Shown here piece by piece: positions 29,932 to 39,496 of a stretch of 64,000 bases of DNA (within the stretch, counting starts at the first letter, position 1; every line of letters starts with the position of its first letter). The position numbers and the translations under genes were made by a program. Under the pieces are notes generated by a model that worked only from the letters and a program-made list of their open reading frames with translations, was not told the origin of the DNA and did not search any database. The DNA is from Dehalococcoidia bacterium. Lineage in GTDB: Bacteria; Chloroflexota; Dehalococcoidia; GIF9; AB-539-J10. The stretch lies in NCBI GenBank assembly GCA_003552125.1, contig PUON01000154.1, positions 21,965 through 85,964 of the forward strand, given 5' to 3'.

Positions 29932-30431
29932 TGTTGCGTGGCAAAGCACACCTCTACGGCGCAGACGTGGACACAGACGCTATCATCCCGGCACGATACC
30001 TGAACGTCTCTGAACCTGCTCTCCTTGCAGAACACTGTATGGAGGATATCGATCCCGGGTTCCGTGAACGGGTGTCTGAGGGCGACGTAATCGTGGCCAC
30101 CACGAACTTCGGTTGCGGGTCGTCACGTGAGCATGCCCCTATTGCGATCAAGGCCTGTGGCGTATCGTGTATCATCGCCCATAGCTTCGCCCGCATCTTC
30201 TTCCGCAACGCGATCAATATCGGGCTACCCCTGCTCGAATGCCCCGAAGCCGTCTCCGGCTGCACGGACGGTGATATACTGGAAATCGACCTCATCGAAG
30301 GCAAGGTAACCAATGCGACGAGAGCACTGTCTTTCACCGCCAAGCCTTACCCACAGTTCATGATGGGCATTGTCAACGCCGGGGGTCTCATTGCATACAC
30401 GAAGCGAAGACTGGAGGAAATAGAGGCATGA
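29925..30431 (+). CDS. leuD: 3-isopropylmalate dehydratase small subunit.
   Basis: Aconitase swivel domain. Its ATG lies just upstream of the leuC stop. Confidence 0.9.
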   Translation: MVVLRGKAHLYGADVDTDAIIPARYLNVSEPALLAEHCMEDIDPGFRERVSEGDVIVATTNFGCGSSREHAPIAIKACGVSCIIAHSFARIFFRNAINIGLPLLECPEAVSGCTDGDILEIDLIEGKVTNATRALSFTAKPYPQFMMGIVNAGGLIAYTKRRLEEIEA

Positions 30432-31525
30432 GCTACAGAATCGCAGTGCTCCGGGGAGACGGAATCGGTCCGGAAGTGACTGTGGAGGCGCTCAAGGCAC
30501 TTGCTGCCATAAGGGAGCGATACGGACACGATTTCGCCTACGAGGAGGGACTTGTCGGAGGGGCATCAATTGACGAATTGGGTGTTCCCATGACCGATGA
30601 GACGCTGGCACTATGCCAAAGCTCCGATGCCGTCCTGTTCGGAGCGGCAGGAGGTCCAAAATGGGATGACGCCAGCACCGATTTTCGGCCGGAACAGGCA
30701 CTGTTTCGCCTCCGCAAGGAACTTAACCTCTTCGCCAACCTGAGGCCGGTACGATCCTATCCAATGCTCGATGAGATGAGTCCGCTGCGACCAGAGGTGG
30801 TGAAGGGGGCGGACATCATCTTCGTGAGAGAACTCACGGGCGGCCTCTATTTCGGACAGCCAAAAATGCGATGGGAGACTCCTGAAGGGAGACGCGCAGT
30901 TGATTCGGAGGACTATTCAGAACAAGAGATCGCCAGGGTGGTCCGTGTCGCATGCGAACTGGCCAGGAAACGACGCAGAAAGGTTGTGTCTGTAGACAAG
31001 TTCAACGCCCTCATTTCGTCCCGGCTCTGGCGACAGGTCGCGACTGAGGTCGGTGCGGAGTACCCCGATATCGACCTTACGCACATGCTGGCCGATACGT
31101 TTGCGATGCAACTCATCGTGCGTCCGACCCAATTCGATGTAGTCGTCACCACCAACATGTTCGGGGACATATTCACCGATGAGGCCGCTGTGCTTGCGGG
31201 TTCGATGGGCATGCTTCCCTCTGCGAGTCTTTCAGGGCTGCCCTCCGGAAGGACGCTCGGCCTCTACGAACCGATTCATGGCTCCGCTCCTGATATCGCC
31301 GGACAGGGTATAGCCAATCCGCTTGCCTCGATACTCTGTTGTGCACTACTTCTCAGGTACTCCCTGGGACTCGAGGAAGAGGCACGAGTTGTGGCTGATG
31401 CCGTCACGACGGTACTTGAGGAGGGATACCGGACGAGCGATATTCACTCGGAGGGAACGAGCAAGGTAAGCACCCAAGAGATGGGAGATCTGGTTGCTGC
31501 CAGAATTCGTGAGCCGAGGGGTTGA
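30428..31525 (+). CDS. leuB: 3-isopropylmalate dehydrogenase.
   Basis: IAVLRGDGIGPEV ... ATGA overlap with leuD. Confidence 0.9.
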   Translation: MSYRIAVLRGDGIGPEVTVEALKALAAIRERYGHDFAYEEGLVGGASIDELGVPMTDETLALCQSSDAVLFGAAGGPKWDDASTDFRPEQALFRLRKELNLFANLRPVRSYPMLDEMSPLRPEVVKGADIIFVRELTGGLYFGQPKMRWETPEGRRAVDSEDYSEQEIARVVRVACELARKRRRKVVSVDKFNALISSRLWRQVATEVGAEYPDIDLTHMLADTFAMQLIVRPTQFDVVVTTNMFGDIFTDEAAVLAGSMGMLPSASLSGLPSGRTLGLYEPIHGSAPDIAGQGIANPLASILCCALLLRYSLGLEEEARVVADAVTTVLEEGYRTSDIHSEGTSKVSTQEMGDLVAARIREPRG

Positions 31526-31577
31526 CACTGTACTACCGGCTTCTTACAATGTTAGCTTGTCGGCTGGAAGGTTGCGA

Positions 31578-31679
31578 ATGATAGCTCCAGTGGTACTTGT
31601 GACAATCGTGGTGGCAGCTGCGATCCTTATCGTGCGCACTGATGGTGCGCACGGGAGGATTCTTCAGCCGGCAAGATAG
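31578..31679 (+). CDS. Second BCAA attenuator leader peptide, 33 aa, upstream of ilvE.
   Basis: MIAPVVLVTIVVAAAILIVRTDGAHGRILQPAR has 14 of 33 residues as Val/Ile/Leu. A GGAAGG SD lies 6 nt upstream. Confidence 0.75.
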   Translation: MIAPVVLVTIVVAAAILIVRTDGAHGRILQPAR

Positions 31680-31708
31680 GCAGATACAGCAAGTCCGATA
31701 AGAGAAAC

Positions 31709-31742
31709 GAAGAAGCCTCCCGAGGGAGGCTTCTTCTTATTC
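31709..31742 (+). terminator. Attenuator terminator upstream of ilvE.
   Basis: Stem GAAGAAGCCUCCC/GGGAGGCUUCUUC with a GAG loop, then UUAUU. The upstream GGGAGGAUUCUUC (31653-31665) can pair with the 5' arm as an antiterminator. A perfect pause hairpin GUGCGCAC-UGAUG-GUGCGCAC lies at 31632-31652. Confidence 0.8.
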
Positions 31743-31872
31743 GGGGGATGCGACGGGAAGACAGGGAGGAATGGTAGAGGCCGGCAACTGGTACGACACC
31801 CGTCCCCGGGCGAAACGCAGCGCCGCGGAGCCGGGGAGATGACCGAAGACTTATGACAGGAGGAATGCGACA

Positions 31873-32790
31873 TTGGAACCCTATGCCTTTTTCAAAGGAG
31901 AGTACATGCCTCTCAAGGATGCCAAGATTGGCATCCTGACTCAGGCGCTGCACTACGGCACCGCATGCTTCGGCGGAATACGCGCGAACTGGGACGCCGA
32001 GAGAGAGCAGTTCTGCATATTCCGGCTGAAGGATCACTACCGCCGTCAGCTCGATGCGTGCAAGATCCTGAACATTGAACTGCCGTATGACGAGCACGAT
32101 CTTGCCGGGTTCACCGTGGAAACCTTGAAGCGGGCCGGCTTCAGGGAGAATCTCTACTGCAGGCCGCTCGCCTACAAGTCCTCGGAGGCGATCGGGGTGA
32201 AGCTACACGACCTCGAGGACGATTTCTTCGTCATCGTAACCCCTCTTCCCCCGTACCTGGGCACCGGCGGAATCAAGTGCTGTACGTCATCCTGGCGGAG
32301 AGTGAGCGACAGCCAGATATCGCCCCGGGGAAAGATCACCGGCATCTACGTCAACAGCGCGCTCGCGAAGACCGACGCCAACAGAACAGGCTTTGATGAA
32401 GCCATCATGCTGAACGAAAAGGGACACGTATCCGAGGGAACTGGCGAGAACATCTTTGTAGTCATCAAGGGACAGCTCATCACTCCTCCCTCCTATGACA
32501 GCATCCTGCTCGGAATCACCCGGGATAGCGTGATGCAACTGGCGCAGAACGAATTGGGTCTGCAGACTGTTGAACGCAGCATCGACCGAAGTGAGCTGTA
32601 CGTGGCGGATGAGGCGTTCTTCACGGGTACCGCGACCAATGTCGCGCCAATCGTGTCGGTCGACCTGCGGACGATCGGCAACGGCGAAACCGGTCCGATT
32701 ACAGCAAGGCTTCAGGAATTGTATGCAGAGGTGGCACTGGGACGCAATCCGAAGTACTCTGAGTGGTACACGATTGTGAAGCAGGACTAG
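31873..32790 (+). CDS. ilvE: Branched-chain amino-acid aminotransferase.
   Basis: ...KGEYMPLKDAKIGILTQALHYGTACFGGIR. TTG start after ACAGGAGGA. Confidence 0.9.
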   Translation: MEPYAFFKGEYMPLKDAKIGILTQALHYGTACFGGIRANWDAEREQFCIFRLKDHYRRQLDACKILNIELPYDEHDLAGFTVETLKRAGFRENLYCRPLAYKSSEAIGVKLHDLEDDFFVIVTPLPPYLGTGGIKCCTSSWRRVSDSQISPRGKITGIYVNSALAKTDANRTGFDEAIMLNEKGHVSEGTGENIFVVIKGQLITPPSYDSILLGITRDSVMQLAQNELGLQTVERSIDRSELYVADEAFFTGTATNVAPIVSVDLRTIGNGETGPITARLQELYAEVALGRNPKYSEWYTIVKQD

Positions 32791-32959
32791 CCCTCAGCTA
32801 CCTGACTGCCCGAATGCGTCCGGCTTCATATTGCCGTCGAAGACGGTACCCGAGTTGGCAGCCCACAATTGGGCAGGGTCGCCTGCCACTGCGGTGGCAG
32901 GTGCACCGCAACAGTCGCTGCGCAATCCATTGCCTCAGGACTGCAGGAGGACAGGCCCC

Positions 32960-33238
32960 CTAGCTGGAAGTAGTTGCGCTCAGGGCATTCGCCTTCTTCA
33001 CAAGGCGGGACTTCAGCCGCGCAACCTTGTTCTTGTGGTACAGGTTCTTTGTTACCGCGCGATCCAGTGTGGATACCGCACGGGCAGTAGCTGGTGACGC
33101 ATTGTCAGCATCGCCTGATGCAACGGTCTGCCTCGCCTGCTTCAGAACGGTCCTGGTCCGGTTACGCAACAGGCGGTTTCGCAGGCGCCGTCTCTCCTGC
33201 GCCCTGACGGCTTTATTTGGTGACTTGCTCCCTGACAA
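32960..33238 (-). CDS. rpsT: 30S ribosomal protein S20.
   Basis: KSPNKAVRAQERRRLRNR... TTG start lying 26 nt inside the 3' end of rel. AAGGAG SD. Confidence 0.75.
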   Translation of the reverse strand: MSGSKSPNKAVRAQERRRLRNRLLRNRTRTVLKQARQTVASGDADNASPATARAVSTLDRAVTKNLYHKNKVARLKSRLVKKANALSATTSS

Positions 33239-35396
33239 TTGAATCTCCTTTTCGCACTACGCTGATAACACTCCATAATGACTGGAGTTTGGCTACAAGC
33301 TTGCTGAGCTGAGACGTACTGGTGACCTCCACATCAATGTGAAGAGATGCCATACCCGCATCCTCGCGGGAGAAATCCACGTCGGTAATGTTAACCCCTG
33401 CCTCGGCAATGACCGCACTGATATCCCGCAGTAAGGCAGTCCGATCCCAGGCGTCGATCTGAAGCTTGACGGGATAGACCTGCGCCACATCTCCCCAGTC
33501 CACGGCCACCAGCCGCTCTTTCTCTGCCTCGTTAACTACATTGATGCAGTCGCGGCGGTGCACCGTGACACCACGGCCCTGCGTAATATACCCGATTATT
33601 TCCTCACCCGGCAAGGGATTACAGCAATTCGCCATCCTGGTGTACAGGTCCCCCACTCCCAGGACGCGAATGCTTCCCGGGCTCACTCGTTTGGAAGCCG
33701 ACACTTCGATCTTCTTATCAGGGGCCTCAAGATCAGAGCTCAGTTTGACCGCCACCTGAGACACCGTAAGATTGCCTCTTCCAACCGCGAGGTAGAGGTC
33801 GTCCGGGTGTCCGTATCCGAGCTTGCTGGCGAGCTTCTCAGCTCGCGGCACGGTCACTGCCAGTCGCTTCAGGCCGCTCTCGAGCATCTGTCTGCCGGTC
33901 TCGATACTCTGGCTGCGCTCCTGCTTATTGAACCATTGCCGCACCTTGTTCTGCGCATGTGATGTGCGTACGTAGCCCAACTCCGGATTCAACCAATCCA
34001 GGCTTGGTCCTCGCTCGGTCTTTGCGGCGACGATCTCCACAACATCGCCATTGTTGAGGGGTTGGTTAAGCTGCACGAGTTTTCCGTTTACCTTGGCGCC
34101 AATGCACCGATAGCCCAGGTCCGTGTGGATCCTGAAGGCGAAGTCCAAAGGGGTCGCCCCCTTCGGCAGATCCTTGATCTCTCCCTTCGGCGTGTACACG
34201 AACACCTGATCAGTGAGGACGTCGGTCTTGAGCGATTCGATAAACTGTTCCCCATCGAGCTCATCTTCGTCTCTTCGCTCGGCCAGTTCCTGCAGCCAGG
34301 CGATGCGCGGATCCATCGAGCGTTCGTGTCGACCGCCCTCCTTATAGTGCCAGTGCGCCGCGACTCCGAATGTGGCCACCTGGTTCATCTCGTGCGTCCT
34401 GATCTGCACCTCTATCGGAGTCGTCCCATAGCAGAGTACGGTGGTGTGAAGCGACTGATAGCCATTGTCCTTCGGGTTGGCGATGAAGTCGTTGAATTCC
34501 TCGATGATCGGATGCCAGAAGTTGTGCACCACACCAAGCGCCTTGTAGCAATCAGCTACCGTATTCACAAGCACTCTCAGCGCGAACAGGTCGTGGATAT
34601 CACCAACGCTCTTGCCCTGTTCCGCGTAACGTTTTGCCTTCAGATACGTACTGTAGATGTGCTTCGGCCTTCCCAGCACCCGTGCCTCCACTCCCTGTCG
34701 ATTTAACTCCTCGCTGAGAGAGCTGATCGCATCCTCAACGAATCCCTCTCGTTCCGCACGTTTCGTGGCGATCAACCGCGAGAACCGACGGTACTGTTTC
34801 GGTTCCAGGTACCGGAACGCCAGGTCTTCCAGCTGCCACTTGGTCCGACGCAAACCCAGGCGGTGCGCCAAGGGCGCGTACACGTCGAGCGTCTGTTGTG
34901 CGATAGCGCGGCGTCGTGCCAGCGGTAGCGCGCCCAGCGTCCGCATGTTGTGCAGCCTGTCGGCCAGCTTGATGAGCACCACCCGAAGATCCTCCGCGGT
35001 TGCCAACAGCAGCTTACGAAGGTTCTCCGCCTGAGTCTTGGAATCGAATTCTTTCTGCTCGCTCTTGCTCGCCAGTCGTTTCAGCTTGGTCACACCATCG
35101 ACAAGTTTCGCTACCTCAGAACCAAATCGAGATGAGATGTCGGCGAGCGACACATCGCAGTCCTCAACCACATCGTGCAACAGCGCAGCTGCGATCGACT
35201 CGGCATCCAACTGGTACTCAACCAGGGTCAGCCCCACATTGAGCGGATGCTCCAGATAAGGCTCACCGGAGGCACGCACCTGGCCGTCGTGCGCCTTAGC
35301 AGCAAAGGCGTAGGCCGAACCTATGAACTCCAGCTTGTCCGAAGGTAGATAGGCCCCAGCCTCTTTGAGCAGGGTCTCGACATCCATAGCTGGCAT
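33213..35396 (-). CDS. rel: Bifunctional (p)ppGpp synthetase/hydrolase Rel.
   Basis: N-terminal HD domain. Central RelA/SpoT synthetase domain. TGS and ACT domains. Confidence 0.9.
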   Translation of the reverse strand: MPAMDVETLLKEAGAYLPSDKLEFIGSAYAFAAKAHDGQVRASGEPYLEHPLNVGLTLVEYQLDAESIAAALLHDVVEDCDVSLADISSRFGSEVAKLVDGVTKLKRLASKSEQKEFDSKTQAENLRKLLLATAEDLRVVLIKLADRLHNMRTLGALPLARRRAIAQQTLDVYAPLAHRLGLRRTKWQLEDLAFRYLEPKQYRRFSRLIATKRAEREGFVEDAISSLSEELNRQGVEARVLGRPKHIYSTYLKAKRYAEQGKSVGDIHDLFALRVLVNTVADCYKALGVVHNFWHPIIEEFNDFIANPKDNGYQSLHTTVLCYGTTPIEVQIRTHEMNQVATFGVAAHWHYKEGGRHERSMDPRIAWLQELAERRDEDELDGEQFIESLKTDVLTDQVFVYTPKGEIKDLPKGATPLDFAFRIHTDLGYRCIGAKVNGKLVQLNQPLNNGDVVEIVAAKTERGPSLDWLNPELGYVRTSHAQNKVRQWFNKQERSQSIETGRQMLESGLKRLAVTVPRAEKLASKLGYGHPDDLYLAVGRGNLTVSQVAVKLSSDLEAPDKKIEVSASKRVSPGSIRVLGVGDLYTRMANCCNPLPGEEIIGYITQGRGVTVHRRDCINVVNEAEKERLVAVDWGDVAQVYPVKLQIDAWDRTALLRDISAVIAEAGVNITDVDFSREDAGMASLHIDVEVTSTSQLSKLVAKLQSLWSVISVVRKGDSIVREQVTK

Positions 35397-35452
35397 AATA
35401 ACTCAGGGCTGATGGTCACGCAAACGGTAGAGCGCAGGCGTTTCCTGGCCGG

Positions 35453-36205
35453 ATGCTATTATCCTTAGCAGCGATGTCTACATTGCCTCGTCTCGTAGAG
35501 GGCCTTGCCGCACTGGACTTCCATCTCAGTTCAGCGCAGTTAGCCACGTTCGAAACCTATCGACAGGAACTGCTCCGTTGGAATCAGCACACCAATCTCA
35601 CGGCGATAATCGACCCGGTTGAGATCGAGGTCCGGCACTTCCTCGATTCGCTGACCATTCTCCAGGCGCTGAGGGATACGAATTACCACAATGAAATGAG
35701 AATCATCGATGTCGGTACTGGAGCGGGCTTTCCGGGCATTCCGTTGAAGGTGGTCCTCAACAACGCCCGGCTCGTGCTGCTGGAAGCAACGGAGAAGAAG
35801 GCGGCGTTTCTCTCACATGTAATAGAGGTGCTCGGCCTGGGTAATACAACGGTCCTTCATGGCAGGGCAGAGAAGCTGGCCCACGATCCCGCACACCGCG
35901 AGGCATACGATGTCGTCGTTTCGCGCGCAGTTGCGCCGCTAACCACACTGGCTGAGTTCTGCCTTCCCTTCACCTCTGTGGGCGGGCGGTTCATCGCACC
36001 GAAGAAAGGAGATGTGGGTACCGAGACTGCCGCTGCTCATTACGCCATTGACCTGCTTGGCGGAGGCAATCTGCAACTCATCGAAGTTCGCCTTCCGCAA
36101 TTGACCGACGGCCGGACGCTCGTAAGTGTTACCAAGTTGGCAACCTCACCCGGGCGTTATCCGAGACGCGACGGGATGCCGGCGAAACGCCCCCTTGAGG
36201 CCTGA
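35453..36205 (+). CDS. rsmG: 16S rRNA (guanine527-N7)-methyltransferase.
   Basis: GidB family. IDVGTGAGFPGIPLK. Confidence 0.85.
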   Translation: MLLSLAAMSTLPRLVEGLAALDFHLSSAQLATFETYRQELLRWNQHTNLTAIIDPVEIEVRHFLDSLTILQALRDTNYHNEMRIIDVGTGAGFPGIPLKVVLNNARLVLLEATEKKAAFLSHVIEVLGLGNTTVLHGRAEKLAHDPAHREAYDVVVSRAVAPLTTLAEFCLPFTSVGGRFIAPKKGDVGTETAAAHYAIDLLGGGNLQLIEVRLPQLTDGRTLVSVTKLATSPGRYPRRDGMPAKRPLEA

Positions 36206-36310
36206 CTCCTGCATCAGACAAGCCGTCGTGTTCATGACCACCGCCTTGCTGACTGAACCGCCCGGGCAAATGTGGTACGATACGGGCACACTTCAGGAAG
36301 GAGCGTTCGT

Positions 36311-37075
36311 ATGCAGCCGACACCGTTCTCTCTCGAGGGCAAAGTAGCGCTCATCACAGGCGGGGGAGGAGGAATAGGCAGACAGACTGCACTCTCAGTG
36401 GCAAAGGCTGGCGCCCATGTGGTACTTGCCGATATCAGCGACAACCTGGAATCAGTTGCCGAGGAGGTCAGGGCTCTTGGTCGGAATGCGCGCGCCATGC
36501 GCGTGGACGTGTCAGAGAATCCACAGATCTACGAAGCCGTCGCGGCCGCACAAGCGGAATTCGGCAGGATCGATATACTGGTCAACAACGCTGCGATGCA
36601 TCTCGTCGAGCGTTTCTCGGAAGGCTCACCTGAAAACTGGGACAAGTGCCTTCGCATCAACCTCCTGGGACAGATCGTCTTCTGCCACGCTGTCATGGGC
36701 GGCATGATAGAGCGCCGATCCGGCAAGATAGTGAACGTCGCCTCAGACGCAGGGAGGGTGGGGAGCCTGGGACAGGCGGTGTATGGCGCCTCCAAAGGGG
36801 GGCTCATCGCCTTCACGCGGAATCTGGCTGTGGAACTGGCGCGCTATCACATCAACGTCAACTGCGTCTCTCCCGGGCTCGTCAACACCGAGATGTGGAA
36901 CTCGACCCGCCGCGACAACCCCAAACTGGCTCACGCATACGAGAACACCGTCCTCTGGAAGCGACTGGGCGAACCCGAGGAGATTGCCGCGGCCATACTA
37001 TTCCTCGTGTCGCAGGAAGCAGAGTACATCACCGGTCAGACGTTGAGCGTTAACGGCGGAGTGTTCATAGCGTAG
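36311..37075 (+). CDS. SDR-family oxidoreductase (FabG-like).
   Basis: ALITGGGGGIGR Rossmann motif and a YxxxK catalytic motif. GGAAGGAG SD. Confidence 0.8.
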   Translation: MQPTPFSLEGKVALITGGGGGIGRQTALSVAKAGAHVVLADISDNLESVAEEVRALGRNARAMRVDVSENPQIYEAVAAAQAEFGRIDILVNNAAMHLVERFSEGSPENWDKCLRINLLGQIVFCHAVMGGMIERRSGKIVNVASDAGRVGSLGQAVYGASKGGLIAFTRNLAVELARYHINVNCVSPGLVNTEMWNSTRRDNPKLAHAYENTVLWKRLGEPEEIAAAILFLVSQEAEYITGQTLSVNGGVFIA

Positions 37076-37143
37076 GGCCGCCCCTTGCTCCGGAAGCAGC
37101 GGCTCCTGCAGATCGAGTCAATAGGCAAGGAGGAACGCGTCGC

Positions 37144-38001
37144 ATGGACATCAGGAGCATCGGTGTAGTTGGCTGCGGCTTGATGGGCTCTGGTATTGCG
37201 GAGATATCGGCCCGTGCCGGCTACCAGGTTGTCGTCACCGAGGTAACCGACGAGTTTCTGAAAAAGGGACTCGCCCGGATTGAAGCTTCGACACAGAAGG
37301 CCGTCGACAAGGGCAAATCAACCGCCGAAGAACGCGCGGACACCCTCTCCCGCATCAAAGGGTCGACCAGTCTTGAGGACCTCCAAGGGTGCCATCTCAT
37401 CATCGAGGCTGCCATCGAGCGGATGGATGAGAAGAAGAGGATCTTCAGCACCCTTGACAGCATCTGTCCGCCCGAAACCATACTGACAAGCAACACCTCG
37501 TCGCTCTCGATTACGGAAATAGCCGGCGCCACCACACGTCCGGATAGAGTTTTGGGACTGCATTTTTTCAGCCCGGTTCCCGTGATGAAGCTGCTTGAAG
37601 TGGTACGAACCTTGATGGTGAACGAAGACGTCGTCAATACGGGTGTTGCCTACGGCCAGGCCGTCGGCAAAGAGACGGTCGTCTGCAAGGATGCTCCGGG
37701 GTTCATCGTGAACCAACTCTACCTCCCGTATACGCTCGTTGCTGTCCGCCAGTGGGAGCGCGGGCTCGCCTCCAAGGAGGATATCGACAAGGCCATGATG
37801 CTGGGACTGAACTACCCCATGGGCCCGTTCACGCTCATGGATTTCGTGGGACTCGATATTCACTACAACGCGTGCATGGCCATTTACGAGGAGACACGGG
37901 ATCCCGCGTATTTCCCTCCACCGGTGCTCAAGAAGATGATTCAGGCGGGCCACCTGGGTCGCAAGACCGGCAAGGGGTTCTACGACTACAGCAGCAAATA
38001 G
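37144..38001 (+). CDS. hbd: 3-hydroxybutyryl-CoA (3-hydroxyacyl-CoA) dehydrogenase.
   Basis: IGVVGCGLMGSGIAE NAD-binding motif and a C-terminal 3HCDH domain. Confidence 0.85.
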   Translation: MDIRSIGVVGCGLMGSGIAEISARAGYQVVVTEVTDEFLKKGLARIEASTQKAVDKGKSTAEERADTLSRIKGSTSLEDLQGCHLIIEAAIERMDEKKRIFSTLDSICPPETILTSNTSSLSITEIAGATTRPDRVLGLHFFSPVPVMKLLEVVRTLMVNEDVVNTGVAYGQAVGKETVVCKDAPGFIVNQLYLPYTLVAVRQWERGLASKEDIDKAMMLGLNYPMGPFTLMDFVGLDIHYNACMAIYEETRDPAYFPPPVLKKMIQAGHLGRKTGKGFYDYSSK

Positions 38002-38053
38002 GAATCCGGCAGCGAAATCTGCGGCCGGATGAAGGAAGGAGTCAGTAACTAAT

Positions 38054-39469
38054 ATGACTGGAATAGTATCGTATGCAACCTATCTGCCAATGTATCGCCT
38101 CAGCCGTTCCGAGATCGGTCGCGCCTGGGGCACGGGAGGCAAGGGAGAGAAGGCCATAGCCAGCCATGACGAGGACAGCCTTACCATGGCCGTGGCCGCT
38201 GCACAGCAGTGCCTTGCGGGCCTGGACGCCAGCAAGGTCGATGGTGTCTACTTCGCCTCGACGACCGCCCCTTACCACGAGAAGCAGTCTGCCGCCACCA
38301 TCGCCGCCGTCCTCAATATGAATGCCGAGGTGTGCACCGTTGATTTTGGCAGATCTCTCAGATGTGGGACCAATGCACTGAGAGCAGCGGCCGATGCAGT
38401 CAGGAGCGGGTCCCTCAAAAACGTGCTGGTCCTCGTTGCGGATTGTCGTCTCGGACAACCGAACGGCGCCAACGAAATGGCTTTTGGCGATGGCGCCAGC
38501 GCGCTCCTCATAGGATCCGATAACGTGATCGCTTCGCTCGACTCAATGTACACATTAGCCGACGAGATCATTGACGTGTTCCGCTCCGACAAGGATCGTT
38601 TCGTGCGCACGTGGGAAGCGCGCTTCGTCCGAGACGACGGACACGGGCGCGTGGTTCCGCAGGCCCTGAAGGCCGCCATGGATAGAACCGGACTTTCTAT
38701 GGCGGATTTCGCCAAACTGGTTATGTACTCACCCGACCAGCGACAGCTTCAGGCGGTCAGCAAGTCGATGAAGCTGGATGCCGAGATCGTGCAGGATACT
38801 CTGTACAATCAGTTTGGCGACACCGGGGCTGCACAGGTATTTATCTCCCTGTGCGCAGCCATGGAGCAAGTGAAGGATGGCGACCGGATCCTGCTTGCAT
38901 CCTACGGAAATGGTGCCGACGTCATCACACTGACCGCCCAATCCGGTATCGCCTCTCGGAAACCTGCCCGGGGTATTGAGTACTACCTCAACACCAAGCT
39001 CATGATACCCACATACGAGAAATACCTTCGATGGCGCCAGATCATCGAGCTCGAGCCGCCGGCGACCGCCCCCATGGAACAACCTTCTCCGGTCGCGCTA
39101 TGGCGTGATAACAAGAGCGGACTGGACCTGCACGGAGTGAAGTGCCGCGCGTGCGGAACGCCGCAGTATCCGGCACAACGCGTGTGCATGGAGTGCGGCT
39201 CAAAGGATGACTTCGACGACTACGCGTTTTCAGACAAAGCTGCAGTTCTTGCTACATTTAGTCACGACAGCCTGGGTATCAGTGCGGATCCACCAACCAC
39301 TGTGGCAGCAGTCGATTTCGAGGGCGGCGGCAGGATCACCTGCGACATGACCGACCGCGATCCCTCGGAGATTCGAATCGGGATGCCGGTCGAGATGGTC
39401 TTCAGGGTGCTCAGGTACATCGGCGGGTTCTACACCTACTGGTGGAAGGCCCGACCGAAAAGGGATTAG
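38054..39469 (+). CDS. Archaeal-type HMG-CoA synthase-like condensing enzyme fused to a C-terminal DUF35 (Zn-ribbon/OB-fold) domain.
   Basis: N-terminus MTGIVSYATYLPMYRLS...DEDSLTMAVAAA (HMGCS fold). C-terminal ~120 aa CRACGTPQYPAQRVCMECGS...ITCDMTD resembles DUF35. Confidence 0.75.
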   Translation: MTGIVSYATYLPMYRLSRSEIGRAWGTGGKGEKAIASHDEDSLTMAVAAAQQCLAGLDASKVDGVYFASTTAPYHEKQSAATIAAVLNMNAEVCTVDFGRSLRCGTNALRAAADAVRSGSLKNVLVLVADCRLGQPNGANEMAFGDGASALLIGSDNVIASLDSMYTLADEIIDVFRSDKDRFVRTWEARFVRDDGHGRVVPQALKAAMDRTGLSMADFAKLVMYSPDQRQLQAVSKSMKLDAEIVQDTLYNQFGDTGAAQVFISLCAAMEQVKDGDRILLASYGNGADVITLTAQSGIASRKPARGIEYYLNTKLMIPTYEKYLRWRQIIELEPPATAPMEQPSPVALWRDNKSGLDLHGVKCRACGTPQYPAQRVCMECGSKDDFDDYAFSDKAAVLATFSHDSLGISADPPTTVAAVDFEGGGRITCDMTDRDPSEIRIGMPVEMVFRVLRYIGGFYTYWWKARPKRD

Positions 39470-39496
39470 GAACGTTAGCCTGATACGAGGTGAGAC

